A stretch of DNA of 19,165 bases from Chamaesiphon sp. Its GTDB lineage: Bacteria > Cyanobacteriota > Cyanobacteriia > Cyanobacteriales > Chamaesiphonaceae. The translations under genes were made by a program, and so were the position numbers. The stretch lies in assembly GCA_965246715.1 (NCBI GenBank), contig CBDFFH010000050.1:1-19165 (forward strand), given 5' to 3'. The stretch's first letter is position 1. The number at the start of each line of letters is the position of its first letter. This document shows positions 1 to 8,608 of the stretch, in pieces. Under the pieces are notes generated by a model that ran no database searches, had not been told where the DNA came from, and saw only the letters and a program-made list of their open reading frames with translations.

Positions 1-981
1 GTTAAGCTCTATCCACCCCCGCGCCAAATTTTGGCAGGCAGCAATCTCATCGATCGAATCGATAACTGGTGGGAACGGTGGCAAGGCGATATTGCCACCG
101 CCGGGGGGGATTCGACGATAACCTATGGTGAATATCCAGTTGCGTCAGAACCCAGCGAACCAACCCTAGCAAAAGCAGTGCTGAGCGATTCGATCGGTTA
201 TGTTAGTAAACTGATCGAATTAACGGATGAAGTTTTTACGCTCAAGCAAGAAAAAGAAGAGCTACTCAGCAGATTGAAATTGCAGGATCGCGCGATCTCT
301 GTCTTAGCTCACGATCTGCGCAATCCGCTCACGGCAGCGGCGTTAGCATTAGGGACGCTCGAAATCATCCACAATCCCCTCGATTATCGGGCGAACTCGT
401 TGGAGCCAGTGACGATCGAAAAGTTAATCAAGCGCGCGCGGTTGCAACTCCAATCGATCGATCGATTGGTCACGGATATTTTACAACCACTGGCAGACTC
501 AAATACTGAATTCGCATTGCGCCCTCAAAAGCTCGATCTTACCCAACTAATTTCGGGGGTAATTTCGCAATTAGATAGTCAGTTTCAGATCAAATCTCAA
601 AGCATTACTACCGATATTCCCCAGGATTTACCGCCCATTTACGGTGACGAAGATAAGTTACGCCAAGCAGTTACCAATCTGTTGGATAATGCGATCAAAT
701 ACACACCTATTTGCGGCAAAATTCATGTGAGTGCGCTACATCGCACCGCTCAAACCATTCAGATTAGTATTGCCGATAATGGATTGGGTATTCCCGAGGA
801 AAATCAAAAGCGAATTTTTCAAGATCGGTATCGACTCGATCGCGATCTCACCGAATCTGGTTATGGGATCGGATTGTCTGTCTGTCAGCAAATCGTGCGC
901 GCGCATTACGGTCAAATCTGGGTTGAGTCGGTTCCTGGGAAAGGGAGTGTATTTAATTTCACGCTCTTGGTATATCAGTAG
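1..981 (+). CDS. sasA: Circadian output histidine kinase SasA (Hik8); 5'-truncated by window edge
   Basis: Frame is open from base 1 (VKLYPPPRQILAGSNLIDRIDNWWERWQ, the end of the KaiB-like sensor domain typical of SasA). H-box LAHDLRNPLTAA, N-box NLLDNAIKYT, G boxes DNGLGI and GYGIGL. The TTG start at 31 in the ORF track is an edge artefact. Confidence 0.9.
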   Translation, partial: VKLYPPPRQILAGSNLIDRIDNWWERWQGDIATAGGDSTITYGEYPVASEPSEPTLAKAVLSDSIGYVSKLIELTDEVFTLKQEKEELLSRLKLQDRAISVLAHDLRNPLTAAALALGTLEIIHNPLDYRANSLEPVTIEKLIKRARLQLQSIDRLVTDILQPLADSNTEFALRPQKLDLTQLISGVISQLDSQFQIKSQSITTDIPQDLPPIYGDEDKLRQAVTNLLDNAIKYTPICGKIHVSALHRTAQTIQISIADNGLGIPEENQKRIFQDRYRLDRDLTESGYGIGLSVCQQIVRAHYGQIWVESVPGKGSVFNFTLLVYQ

Positions 982-1002
982 ACTTACTGTAAAAGTTAGG
1001 AA

Positions 1003-1022
1003 ATAGGGGATAGGGGATAGGG
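1003..1022. repeat. Short tandem heptamer repeat (ATAGGGG)x~3, STRR-like
   Basis: ataggggataggggataggg just downstream of the sasA stop. Confidence 0.6.
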
Positions 1023-1131
1023 TAAATTTTAGGTGAAAATACTAACGAAAAGTGGTGTTTTTACTTGGACAGAATACCTGTTAAATCTTTAAAACACCGA
1101 TCGACATTGGCTGGAATATTAAATCACCAAT

Positions 1132-1350
1132 TAACGTGAGTTCGGTTTAAGGATTTTCGCTTAATGGCTCCTAGCTTTGTTTATGCACCGCCCTCAAATG
1201 AATTTGGGGCTAATAGTGAAAGTCCATTGAAATGGACTGATTAAAAACCTGCAGTTCTCTGAAGATAACTTTTGTTATTAGCCCGAACTTCTAGTTCAGG
1301 GCGGTGTTGGAACGCAGCAAATCGAGTTTCCTTATCCCGAACTCACGTTA
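1132..1350. mobile_element. MITE-1: TA-flanked non-autonomous element with TIRs and an internal inverted doublet of hairpin units
   Basis: Left end AATTAACGTGAGTTCGGTTTAAGGA (1129-1153) versus reverse complement of 1329-1353, AATTAACGTGAGTTCGGGATAAGGA: 23/25 match. TA at 1132-33 and 1349-50. Internal inverted units at 1186-1239 and 1252-1306. Confidence 0.8.
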
Positions 1351-1370
1351 ATTAGTATCTAAATCAGCCT

Positions 1371-2596
1371 GGGAGCATCCCACTTTTTATTTAGCGGTCG
1401 CAAATTAACCCGTTGAGGTAGGCGCAGCGATGCGCTAATACTTGAGGAACATTTTCAGATTTCCACTGCGCTCCAGAAATTTTAGTCCGGCGATCGATCT
1501 GTTTAATTGTAGACTCAATGGAACCAGAACCAATAGAGCAGATTTGTTCGGCTTGAAAATAATAATAATTAATTATCCGATGACGATGTTTCTCTAAATA
1601 AGCACAAAAGTTTTCAGCTTGCTTGAGATTACAATCACCAAACAACTTAATCGTCTCATCAACTTTTCCGTACCAGAGTAATTCTCTGGCTGCAAATAAT
1701 CTTTGGTTGGAACCGCCAATTTTATGGAGATTTTCCATCAAATGAAACCAGTCGAGAATTTCTCTTCTTTCACCAATAGGTACAAATTCCTTGATGATAT
1801 TCCATACCCCGTCATGGCCATCACCTAAGCAAGTAACAACTGGAGCTAATTCTTGACTATTTACCCAATTAACGATCGTCTCATTTTCTTGAAATGATGA
1901 TGCAATTTTTTGCTGTTGATGTAGTACTGTTGCTTTGTATCCTTTCCAGCTACACACCTCTCCCTTTGGGGTTCTCACTCGAATATTCCCCCCATCTACA
2001 CTCAATTCTGCCACGGGTGTCTCAGCTTGAGGCAATTCAAATTCTTGTCTGTGAATTAACCTCTGTTGGGCACTTTTTGATATCTCCACTCCAGTTAAAT
2101 ATTTGACTTCCTCTGTTGTCCTTTCGTAAGAAATTGATGCACTTATACGCAAGCAACAAGCTTCCAAATACGGACTGATTTGGGTATGACTTTTGATATT
2201 TAGCTTGGCTGCCTGTTTGCTTGTGATTGCTAATTCTCCAATTATGCTTTGGATCTGTCTTTTATATCCTCCAGTTTCGACTGTGACATTTTCGATAAAA
2301 AAATTCCGACGGATGGCATCACATACTCTTGCATTCTCGCTCTCACCGCTTCTTCGATTTTTCCTAAGCTTGTTAGTTCTTCTTTTGGTGTATTTTTATA
2401 CAATATTTTGGCAATAGCTTTTGTGTGTCGATCGAGTTCTTTTTGCTCTTCTGGACTCATTACACTACCTTAGTTTACTTGACCCCATTATCTCAAGATT
2501 ATGCTCCCTCTGCTGCTATTTTCACCAGATTTCTCGATCGCCATACTAGTACATACGCTTTATCTACATAAAACTAATAAAAAGTGGGATGCTCCC
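1371..2596 (-). mobile_element. ISKra4-family insertion sequence, 1226 bp, complete
   Basis: Perfect 21-bp TIRs GGGAGCATCCCACTTTTTATT (1371-1391 and 2576-2596). 9-bp direct repeat AATCAGCCT at 1362-1370 and 2597-2605. Confidence 0.93.
1391..2460 (-). CDS. ISKra4-family DDE transposase (~356 aa) made by -1 frameshift joining ORFs 2242..2460 and 1391..2167
   Basis: N-part MSPEEQKELDRHTKAIAKILYKNT...GIF. Slippery T TTT TTA at 2302-2296. The -1 frame reads IENVTVETGGYKRQIQSIIGELAITSKQAAKL...SPYLEACCLR, continuous with the large ORF. DDE-like motifs SVDGG, LGDGHDG, GSGSIES. Confidence 0.88.
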
Positions 2597-3064
2597 AATC
2601 AGCCTCGACTAGTATTACATTTAATATCTGCCCAACGTCCGAACACTTGTTGATAATCTTCGGGAGTATAAACTGGTTTTGCCTGTTGAGAAGTTACTTT
2701 ATTGAGGCAAATCAATCGATATATATTGTGTTTGCCATATTCACTAACTGGATTGAGATCGTTTTCTTGGTTCTTACCATCGATCGCCATTTTTTTGTAC
2801 CAAGTGAGCGCCTTATTAATATCGGTAGTAGTGCCTTGTCCGAGTTCGTACATCCGACCGATTCTTTCCCAAGTGTAAGCATTATCACTGTTACTTAATA
2901 CCTTCAATGCCTCTGCGTAACGCTTAGCTGCATACAATCTATCCCCATACCAATCGGCAACTGTGGTGTTATGCGGATCGATCGTATAAGCTTGCTGAAG
3001 ATATGTTAGGTGAGCGGTCATACTTTTCGGAATATATTTAGCAACCTCGATCGGCTCGTCCTTA

Positions 3065-3981
3065 GAACCTGTTTGAAAAGTTTGAGGATAGCTTACCCAG
3101 CATGAGTTTTAGGCTCTAATCGACGAACCATCAAATGAACCATAGCAGCAAACAGCATCATTTCGCTGGTAGTGGGCAAAAATTCATAGTCTTTACTTAA
3201 ACGCCGATAATGTCCAAACCAGGAGTAAGTCCGCTCCACCACCCAACGTTTAGGAATAACCTGAAAACCAGGTTTCTCATCAGTACGCTTGAGATGTTCC
3301 AACTTCCAGCCAAACTGTCGTTCGATCTTTGCCACAAATTCCTTACCAGCAAAGGTGCTGTCGATCCAAATCACTTGCAGGCACTGCCATAACCAAGCCC
3401 AGAACGTGGCTAGTAAAATCATCCCCGCATGGTCGGAGCGTCCAGCACTATGCACACAGACACCCAGCAGCAGACCCATTGTATCGACCAAGATGGTTCG
3501 TTTACGTCCTTTAACCTTCTTGCCACCATCAAATCCGATCTCCTCACCCCCACTGGCTGTTTTCACCGATTGACTATCCACGCTCCCTGCACTCGGTTGG
3601 GCATTTCTTCCGGCTGCTAGTCGCACCTTTACTTGTAATTCATGATTGAGTTTCTGCCATGTCCCATCTGCCTCCCATGCGCGGAAATAGGTGTAAACAC
3701 TCGGCCATTTTGGTAGGTCATGGGGCATTGCTCGCCATTTAATCCCGTTAGCCAGCAGATAGAAGATTGCATTGAGCACTTCTCTCATCTCTAAGCTCCG
3801 AGGACGACCTCCTTGTTTGGCCGCCGGAATATACGGTTCTAAAATTTGCCACTGGTCATCTGTGAGGTCTGTGTCGTATGCTAGTCGTGTCATTATAAGG
3901 GTCTGTTTTTAGACCCTTTTACTTTACAATTGCCTTGTCACAGAGGCTCAGAGGCGTTCTCAATACTTTTCAAACAGCTTC
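3065..3981 (-). mobile_element. IS5-family (IS1031-like) insertion sequence, 917 bp
   Basis: 17-bp TIRs GAACCTGTTTGAAAAGT (3065-3081) and GAAGCTGTTTGAAAAGT (reverse complement of 3965-3981), 1 mismatch. TTA duplication at 3062-64 and 3982-84. Confidence 0.92.
3093..3893 (-). CDS. IS5-family transposase, 266 aa
   Basis: YDTDLTDDQWQILEP, GGRPR, WRAMPHDLP, VDSQSVK, GFDGGKKVKGRKRTILVDTMG, RWVVERTYSW and RRLSKDYE are all typical of IS5/IS1031-group transposases. Confidence 0.95.
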   Translation of the reverse strand: MTRLAYDTDLTDDQWQILEPYIPAAKQGGRPRSLEMREVLNAIFYLLANGIKWRAMPHDLPKWPSVYTYFRAWEADGTWQKLNHELQVKVRLAAGRNAQPSAGSVDSQSVKTASGGEEIGFDGGKKVKGRKRTILVDTMGLLLGVCVHSAGRSDHAGMILLATFWAWLWQCLQVIWIDSTFAGKEFVAKIERQFGWKLEHLKRTDEKPGFQVIPKRWVVERTYSWFGHYRRLSKDYEFLPTTSEMMLFAAMVHLMVRRLEPKTHAG

Positions 3982-4698
3982 TTAGTATCGGGATTACTCA
4001 ACCGAGCAAAGTTAAGTAAAACTTCAGCTTTATTTGAATTAGCGGCGAGTAAGAGCGATCTATTCAACCATTTTATCGATTTGGCATAATCGGTTTCGAC
4101 ACCCATAAACCGATAAAAATAAGTCTGATACAGGAGGTAAGCTGCTGGAAAATAGTTTAATTCTGCCGCTCGATGATACCATTTCAAAGCGATCGCCCGA
4201 TCGCTTTCCTTACCAACTCCAAATTCATACCAATCGTACGTTTTTGCTAGAAAATAGCAAGCCACCGGATCGTTAATATCTGCCAGAGGCTGGAGTTTTG
4301 TCCGCAATACAATCGCCCGCTTGGGATCGAATTTACCAAATTGAAATATGTTCTCAATCTCAGCCTTAATTGCTGGCGAAACTTGTGTTCTGATTGGATA
4401 TGCAGTAGATTGAGTTGTGACTGGATAAGTAGTTTGCGCGACGCTCGGTTGGCTAAAAATTATACCGAGTGCGATCGCCATACTAAAACTAATGTGGTTC
4501 ATATAGCAGTTCTTGGTCTACTGAGATACATCTTGGAATCTTAAATCTAAGCTAGTCAAAGATCTACTGTGCTTCACTAACTTGGGAACCGCTATAAATA
4601 TTTGTTAATTTCGAGAAAATGTAAGTTTATTATCAAAGTAAATTCACTTGATTGTATATAATTAGCGAACATTAAGATCGTTTTGGAGATAAAACTTC

Positions 4699-4819
4699 GG
4701 CTCTCCTGGGTTTGGGGTAGAAAATGTATCTTAGGCTACGGTTTTCGGCAGCGATCGGTCTTGAAAGCGTTACAGGACTTAATACAAATAACGTTTATCA
4801 CCAAATACCCAGGAGACCC
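4699..4819. mobile_element. 121-bp ISL3-like MITE
   Basis: TIRs GGCTCTCCTGGGT (4699-4711) and GGGTCTCCTGGGT (reverse complement of 4807-4819), with weaker extension to ~29 bp. 8-bp direct repeat AAAACTTC at 4691-4698 and 4820-4827. GG(C/G)TCT ends with an 8-bp AT-rich TSD are ISL3 hallmarks. Confidence 0.8.
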
Positions 4820-5024
4820 AAAACTTCGAGCTAAACGCCAAGAACCAATCTAGGTATAAATCGCGAGCGATCGCCACCTCAAACCTATCTCGATCGGTAG
4901 ATGCTCGGCAATAGCGATGGAATATATGATGTGTAGCTACGCATGGAGGTTGATTGCAGTGACAAATGCCGAGTTTCAACCACAGCCAGAGAGCGTAAAA
5001 ACAATCTTAGGGAAAGTGCCAATC

Positions 5025-5255
5025 ATGCAAATGACAACTAATTGGGTAGAACAGAATCGGTATGGTCGAGAGCAAGCGCGACAAGCAACCGAAACGATCG
5101 TCAAACGTTGCCTAATGCGCCAATTAGGTGGGGTTCCGAGTGACTTACTCGCCCGAGTGCGATCGTTATCGCTCGAGCAATTAGAATCCTTATACGATGT
5201 AGCGATCGACTTTACGCGGATCGAGAATCTACACGATTGGCTCAACTTTGATTAG
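5025..5255 (+). CDS. Small DUF4351-like protein (C-terminal domain of cyanobacterial Rpn-like proteins), ~76 aa; start could be as far up as 4917
   Basis: MQMTTNW...IVKRCLMRQLGGVPSDLLARVRSLSLEQLESLYDVAIDFTRIENLHDWL fits the DUF4351 pattern (RQL G...I..LS.EQLE.L.....DF....L..WL). Purine-rich AGGGAAAG precedes ATG 5025. Confidence 0.75.
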   Translation: MQMTTNWVEQNRYGREQARQATETIVKRCLMRQLGGVPSDLLARVRSLSLEQLESLYDVAIDFTRIENLHDWLNFD

Positions 5256-5272
5256 CTGTGTTCGCCTCCAGT

Positions 5273-6469
5273 TCAATCTTCCAACAAACTTGGCATTTGA
5301 CGGCGATCTTGGGGAATAAAAGTGCGATCTTGCGGTAGTAATGCGACAGGTGTTGTCAGCAGAAACTCACCCAGATCGATTGCCGCTTTTAACTCGATCG
5401 CGACTTGTCTAGAGAGATGAATACTCGCCAGTGGAGCTACTCTGACGGTTCTCCCCTCAATTTTGATCTTCCCCGACTTGAGTTGAGCGTAGCTCACCAG
5501 TCCAAACGTCGGCCGCACCCGCCGAGGGATTGAAAAATCGACAATCGGCGCGACGATATCGCGATCTTGAACCGCGCAGCGAGCGACGATCTCCGCATTC
5601 AATACTGGAATCGGTACCCCGACACCCAACATCAACGAAGGGCCATAATTTTTGAAATAACACCCACGCACCCACTTGGCATTCATCTGTTTTGCGTCGC
5701 CAATGAGTGCTAGAGTGGCCGCAGGGCCGATGGGAGTGCGGTTTTCCATCCGCTTTTGGAGCGGGAAATGTTGGGTGCCTTCCCATGCCACATAGCCGAT
5801 ACCGCCTCCCAGCCACACTCTCGTGCCGATGCCGATTACTTCTAAATCGGGGTCGTTTAATAGTGGTGAAATTGCGCCAGTATTCGAGTAGACAGCATTG
5901 CCCAATCGGGGCTGCAATGGGCCGAGATAAGTGTATAACTGACGATCGCCACCATTTACCCCAACGATGAAGTTTTGATATAAATTACGGGGATTGTAGA
6001 GGTAAAATTGATTGATTGAATCCTTCGTAATTGTCGTGTCGAATGCCGCGCGTGGATAACAATCGGTACCTTGACCGATCGCGCGGAGATTAACGCTTTT
6101 CCCAGCAATTAAATCTTCAATTACATGTGCGCCACCTCGCTCCTTGCGATCGTCTCCATCACCAATATCGCCGGTATAATCGACTAATTGAGTCGCCCCT
6201 AAATACAGATCTACCGCGCCAAATCCGGCATAAGCAGGTACCCCATCCAACGTACACGATCGAATCTTAATTGGCGGATCGGTATGTCCCAAATTGAGAA
6301 TTGCCCCCGATGATTCCATCGGCTCGAAGCTGCCTGTAGTAATCACATCTACCAGCTCGGCAATTTTTTCAATGCCTAATTCGGCAACTTTCGCCTTCAC
6401 CTCTTCTACCGTCCATACCACTGCTTGCTTACGACTAATTTTATCGTTGATTTCATCGATCGTTTTCAT
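5273..6469 (-). CDS. DUF39 / homocysteine biosynthesis-type protein (MA1821-like aspartate semialdehyde sulfurtransferase family), no CBS domains
   Basis: KTIDEINDKI...VDVITTGSFEPMESSG...GHTDPPIK...GGAHVIEDL...GTDCYPR...NPRNLYQN...SPLLNDP...IGIGTR motifs. Confidence 0.88.
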   Translation of the reverse strand: MKTIDEINDKISRKQAVVWTVEEVKAKVAELGIEKIAELVDVITTGSFEPMESSGAILNLGHTDPPIKIRSCTLDGVPAYAGFGAVDLYLGATQLVDYTGDIGDGDDRKERGGAHVIEDLIAGKSVNLRAIGQGTDCYPRAAFDTTITKDSINQFYLYNPRNLYQNFIVGVNGGDRQLYTYLGPLQPRLGNAVYSNTGAISPLLNDPDLEVIGIGTRVWLGGGIGYVAWEGTQHFPLQKRMENRTPIGPAATLALIGDAKQMNAKWVRGCYFKNYGPSLMLGVGVPIPVLNAEIVARCAVQDRDIVAPIVDFSIPRRVRPTFGLVSYAQLKSGKIKIEGRTVRVAPLASIHLSRQVAIELKAAIDLGEFLLTTPVALLPQDRTFIPQDRRQMPSLLED

Positions 6470-6508
6470 TTTTAGTGGATGAGTGAATGGTGAATAGAAG
6501 TTATTGGT

Positions 6509-6664
6509 TAACCCAAGTTGCTACCGAGCGAATGCCGCCGATTGAAATCGGGGCTAATGTTGCAAAGTCCGCCTTCGCGGACTGAAATCTTAGTCCGCGA
6601 AGGCAGACTTTGTGTGATTAGGAGCTGTTTTAACTGCTTTGAATGTAGGTAGCAACTTGGGTTA
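6509..6664. mobile_element. MITE-2: TA-flanked element with perfect TIRs and a central palindrome
   Basis: TAACCCAAGTTGCTACC (6509-6525) and GGTAGCAACTTGGGTTA (6648-6664) form a perfect 17-bp IR including TA. Inner 21-bp stem 6563-6583 with 6592-6612, 1 mismatch. Sits 1 bp after the stop of the upstream gene. Confidence 0.82.
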
Positions 6665-6665
6665 G

Positions 6666-7262
6666 TTAAGTAGCTGGTGTATACTCCCGCACCCATAATG
6701 CTAGTCCACCACTGCGTCCGCGTGCGGCAATTCCCGTGTCGCTCGCCCAGAAAAAAGCAAAAAATGGTAAATCCGCGATCGCGAGTGTGTCGAAATCTAG
6801 TCCCGCTCTCTTGCTCCGAATTTTGCCTTGATAAATTGTCGCACCCAAAATCTTGAATTGAATCTCGGTAAAATCAAATGCTAGCAGATTCTTCTTCCCT
6901 GGATACCGACAAGGGCCAGTGAATTTAAATTTTACAGTACCGACTAAAAGTTGATTGGTAACCGTCCCGGTAATCGATGAATCATCGTCACGCGTAAATG
7001 TAATCGATGCAGGTGTAAATTTAGGTAAATAATAACCCCGACCCAGTTTCACTGCACTACCTTTTTTGGGTTTACTCGCTCCAGTCGCAAAGCACAAGCG
7101 CCATTCTCCCAACAGCGATGCAAATGGAATTGCTAATTTTTGGTTTCTAGCAGTTATTTCTGCTGCTTGTAATGCCGCCACCAGCTCCGCTCTACTCGGA
7201 CGAGCTGAATCTGTAGCTGCCCGATTTAAAATCGTAGCAAAGTCAGTAGTAGAATTATTCAC
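6666..7262 (-). CDS. Conserved cyanobacterial hypothetical protein, PAP/fibrillin-like beta-barrel (tentative)
   Basis: 198-aa ORF. LLGEWRLCFATG near the N-terminus and ARGRSGGLALW near the C-terminus resemble PAP_fibrillin-family patterns. Confidence 0.6.
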   Translation of the reverse strand: MNNSTTDFATILNRAATDSARPSRAELVAALQAAEITARNQKLAIPFASLLGEWRLCFATGASKPKKGSAVKLGRGYYLPKFTPASITFTRDDDSSITGTVTNQLLVGTVKFKFTGPCRYPGKKNLLAFDFTEIQFKILGATIYQGKIRSKRAGLDFDTLAIADLPFFAFFWASDTGIAARGRSGGLALWVREYTPAT

Positions 7263-7399
7263 GATCGAGATAATAATTGTGGGGAGATTAAATGATGCTG
7301 AATTATTTGGTAGATTGTCGGGGCGATTTTATGTAATAACCGTGCGATTTCACTGGTTAATTTATCGTGACACTACTAGTAATCATCGATGACGATCGT

Positions 7400-8608
7400 T
7401 CATATTTTCCGATTGGGAACGATAATCCGCCACCATGTTAATTGTCGATCGATCTGCTGCAATAATCCAAGATCGTCATGATTATTGGCTGTGCTGGGAC
7501 GAGCGAGAAAATCAAAAGCAGTCCGAAACTGCTGCGGGTTAGCCGCAATCGGCGCATCGAAGTGACAGGGGATAATGCGATCGAAGTTCCATTGGGCGAC
7601 ACGGTTGACCCATGCCAGCGTTGCTTGAGGAGCGCGATTGAGGATTAAGGTTTGGAGAATGGGCGCGACGAAGATGCTGCCATCGCCGCGCAATCGGGCA
7701 AAACCCTCCTCCCAGTGCGATTGCCAGCGGAAGGGATATATCCCGAAGTAGTTCTGTTTCGATCGATCGGGTGCCATAAATGACGATTGAATTGTTTCGA
7801 TCCAATTTGCGATTTTGAGGCTGCTGGGCTGGAAATACAGGGTAAACAAACAGATTCTTTGCCATCCTTTTATCAGCGGCAACGGCGTATCAATAAGGGA
7901 ATCAGTCGCACGATCTCTAGCATGAAATAACAATCCAGTCGGATCGCACTGGACGATCGCTGGAGGTTCGCTGGGAAGGGAAACTACCGAGTCGGTAACT
8001 AATAGAGTACGCGATCGACGATGGAAAAATGCAACTTCAGCGAACTGTCCTGGCCCTAAATCGATCGTTGCTAAGATCGCATACTCGAATTCATCCCCAA
8101 ACGGCGTATCACTACTATCTGCGGGTAAAGTATGGGTGCGCTCGATCGGAAACCCCAACCAACTCAACGGTAAATTCACCGGAAAACTCCATTGGCCCGG
8201 TGTCACCCACACCTGCGCCTGGGGAAACTCTCTAGCAAACGGCCCGACAAAAACTTTATGCTCTAGCCCCGAAATCGTGGGGAGGATGATATATTTGACA
8301 TCGCCATGAATGGCAACTAATTCATTGACTAACTGAATGCATTCGGCAGTAGGTGCAACGGGTGCATAGACGAGCAAACCGCCACCATCGAGCTTTATTA
8401 CCGTCATCCGAATCGGCACGATTACATATAAAATGCCCTGAACCTGGTCGAATGTCCAAATTGTGTCGGGGATTACTTCCGTGCAGATGGTGCGGCGCTT
8501 TTTATATGGATAAATCGGTAATGTAAACCAAAATCGCCACGATCGATCTGCCGCACTGCTGGCTATCGGCACTTCACCTGCGACAGTAGTTCGTTCTTCC
8601 AGAGTCAC
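7400..8608 (-). CDS. DUF4336 family protein (metallo-beta-lactamase-like fold)
   Basis: IWTFDQVQG, VPIRMTVIKL, GGLLVYAPVAPT, GDVKYIILPT..GLEHK, EVAFFHRRSRTLLVTD, RIIPCHF. Confidence 0.85.
   Translation of the reverse strand: MTLEERTTVAGEVPIASSAADRSWRFWFTLPIYPYKKRRTICTEVIPDTIWTFDQVQGILYVIVPIRMTVIKLDGGGLLVYAPVAPTAECIQLVNELVAIHGDVKYIILPTISGLEHKVFVGPFAREFPQAQVWVTPGQWSFPVNLPLSWLGFPIERTHTLPADSSDTPFGDEFEYAILATIDLGPGQFAEVAFFHRRSRTLLVTDSVVSLPSEPPAIVQCDPTGLLFHARDRATDSLIDTPLPLIKGWQRICLFTLYFQPSSLKIANWIETIQSSFMAPDRSKQNYFGIYPFRWQSHWEEGFARLRGDGSIFVAPILQTLILNRAPQATLAWVNRVAQWNFDRIIPCHFDAPIAANPQQFRTAFDFLARPSTANNHDDLGLLQQIDRQLTWWRIIVPNRKI

Larger units (their letters stand above)
2599..4502 (-). pseudogene. 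SEL1-like repeat (TPR-type) exported protein, interrupted by IS5 (segments 4502-3982 and 3061-2599)
   Basis: Signal-peptide-like N-terminus. SEL1-like motifs ACYFLAKTYDWYEFGVGKESDRAIALKWYHRAAE and IGRMYELGQGTTTDINKALTWYKK. Removing the IS plus one TTA gives an in-frame junction NPDTK-DEPIEVAKYIPKS-MTAHL and a 327-aa ORF. Confidence 0.88.

Noticed and set aside
1371..3981. Composite transposon formed by the two IS elements
   Set aside because: They are different families, each with its own intact TSD, so the insertions were independent.
4779..4979. 66-aa minus-strand ORF
   Set aside because: Runs into the ISL3-like MITE, overlaps the 4917-start version of the DUF4351 ORF on the opposite strand, and has no recognisable motif.
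6508..6696. 62-aa ORF between the fibrillin-like and DUF39 genes
   Set aside because: It is read through MITE-2 and overlaps the upstream gene's end.
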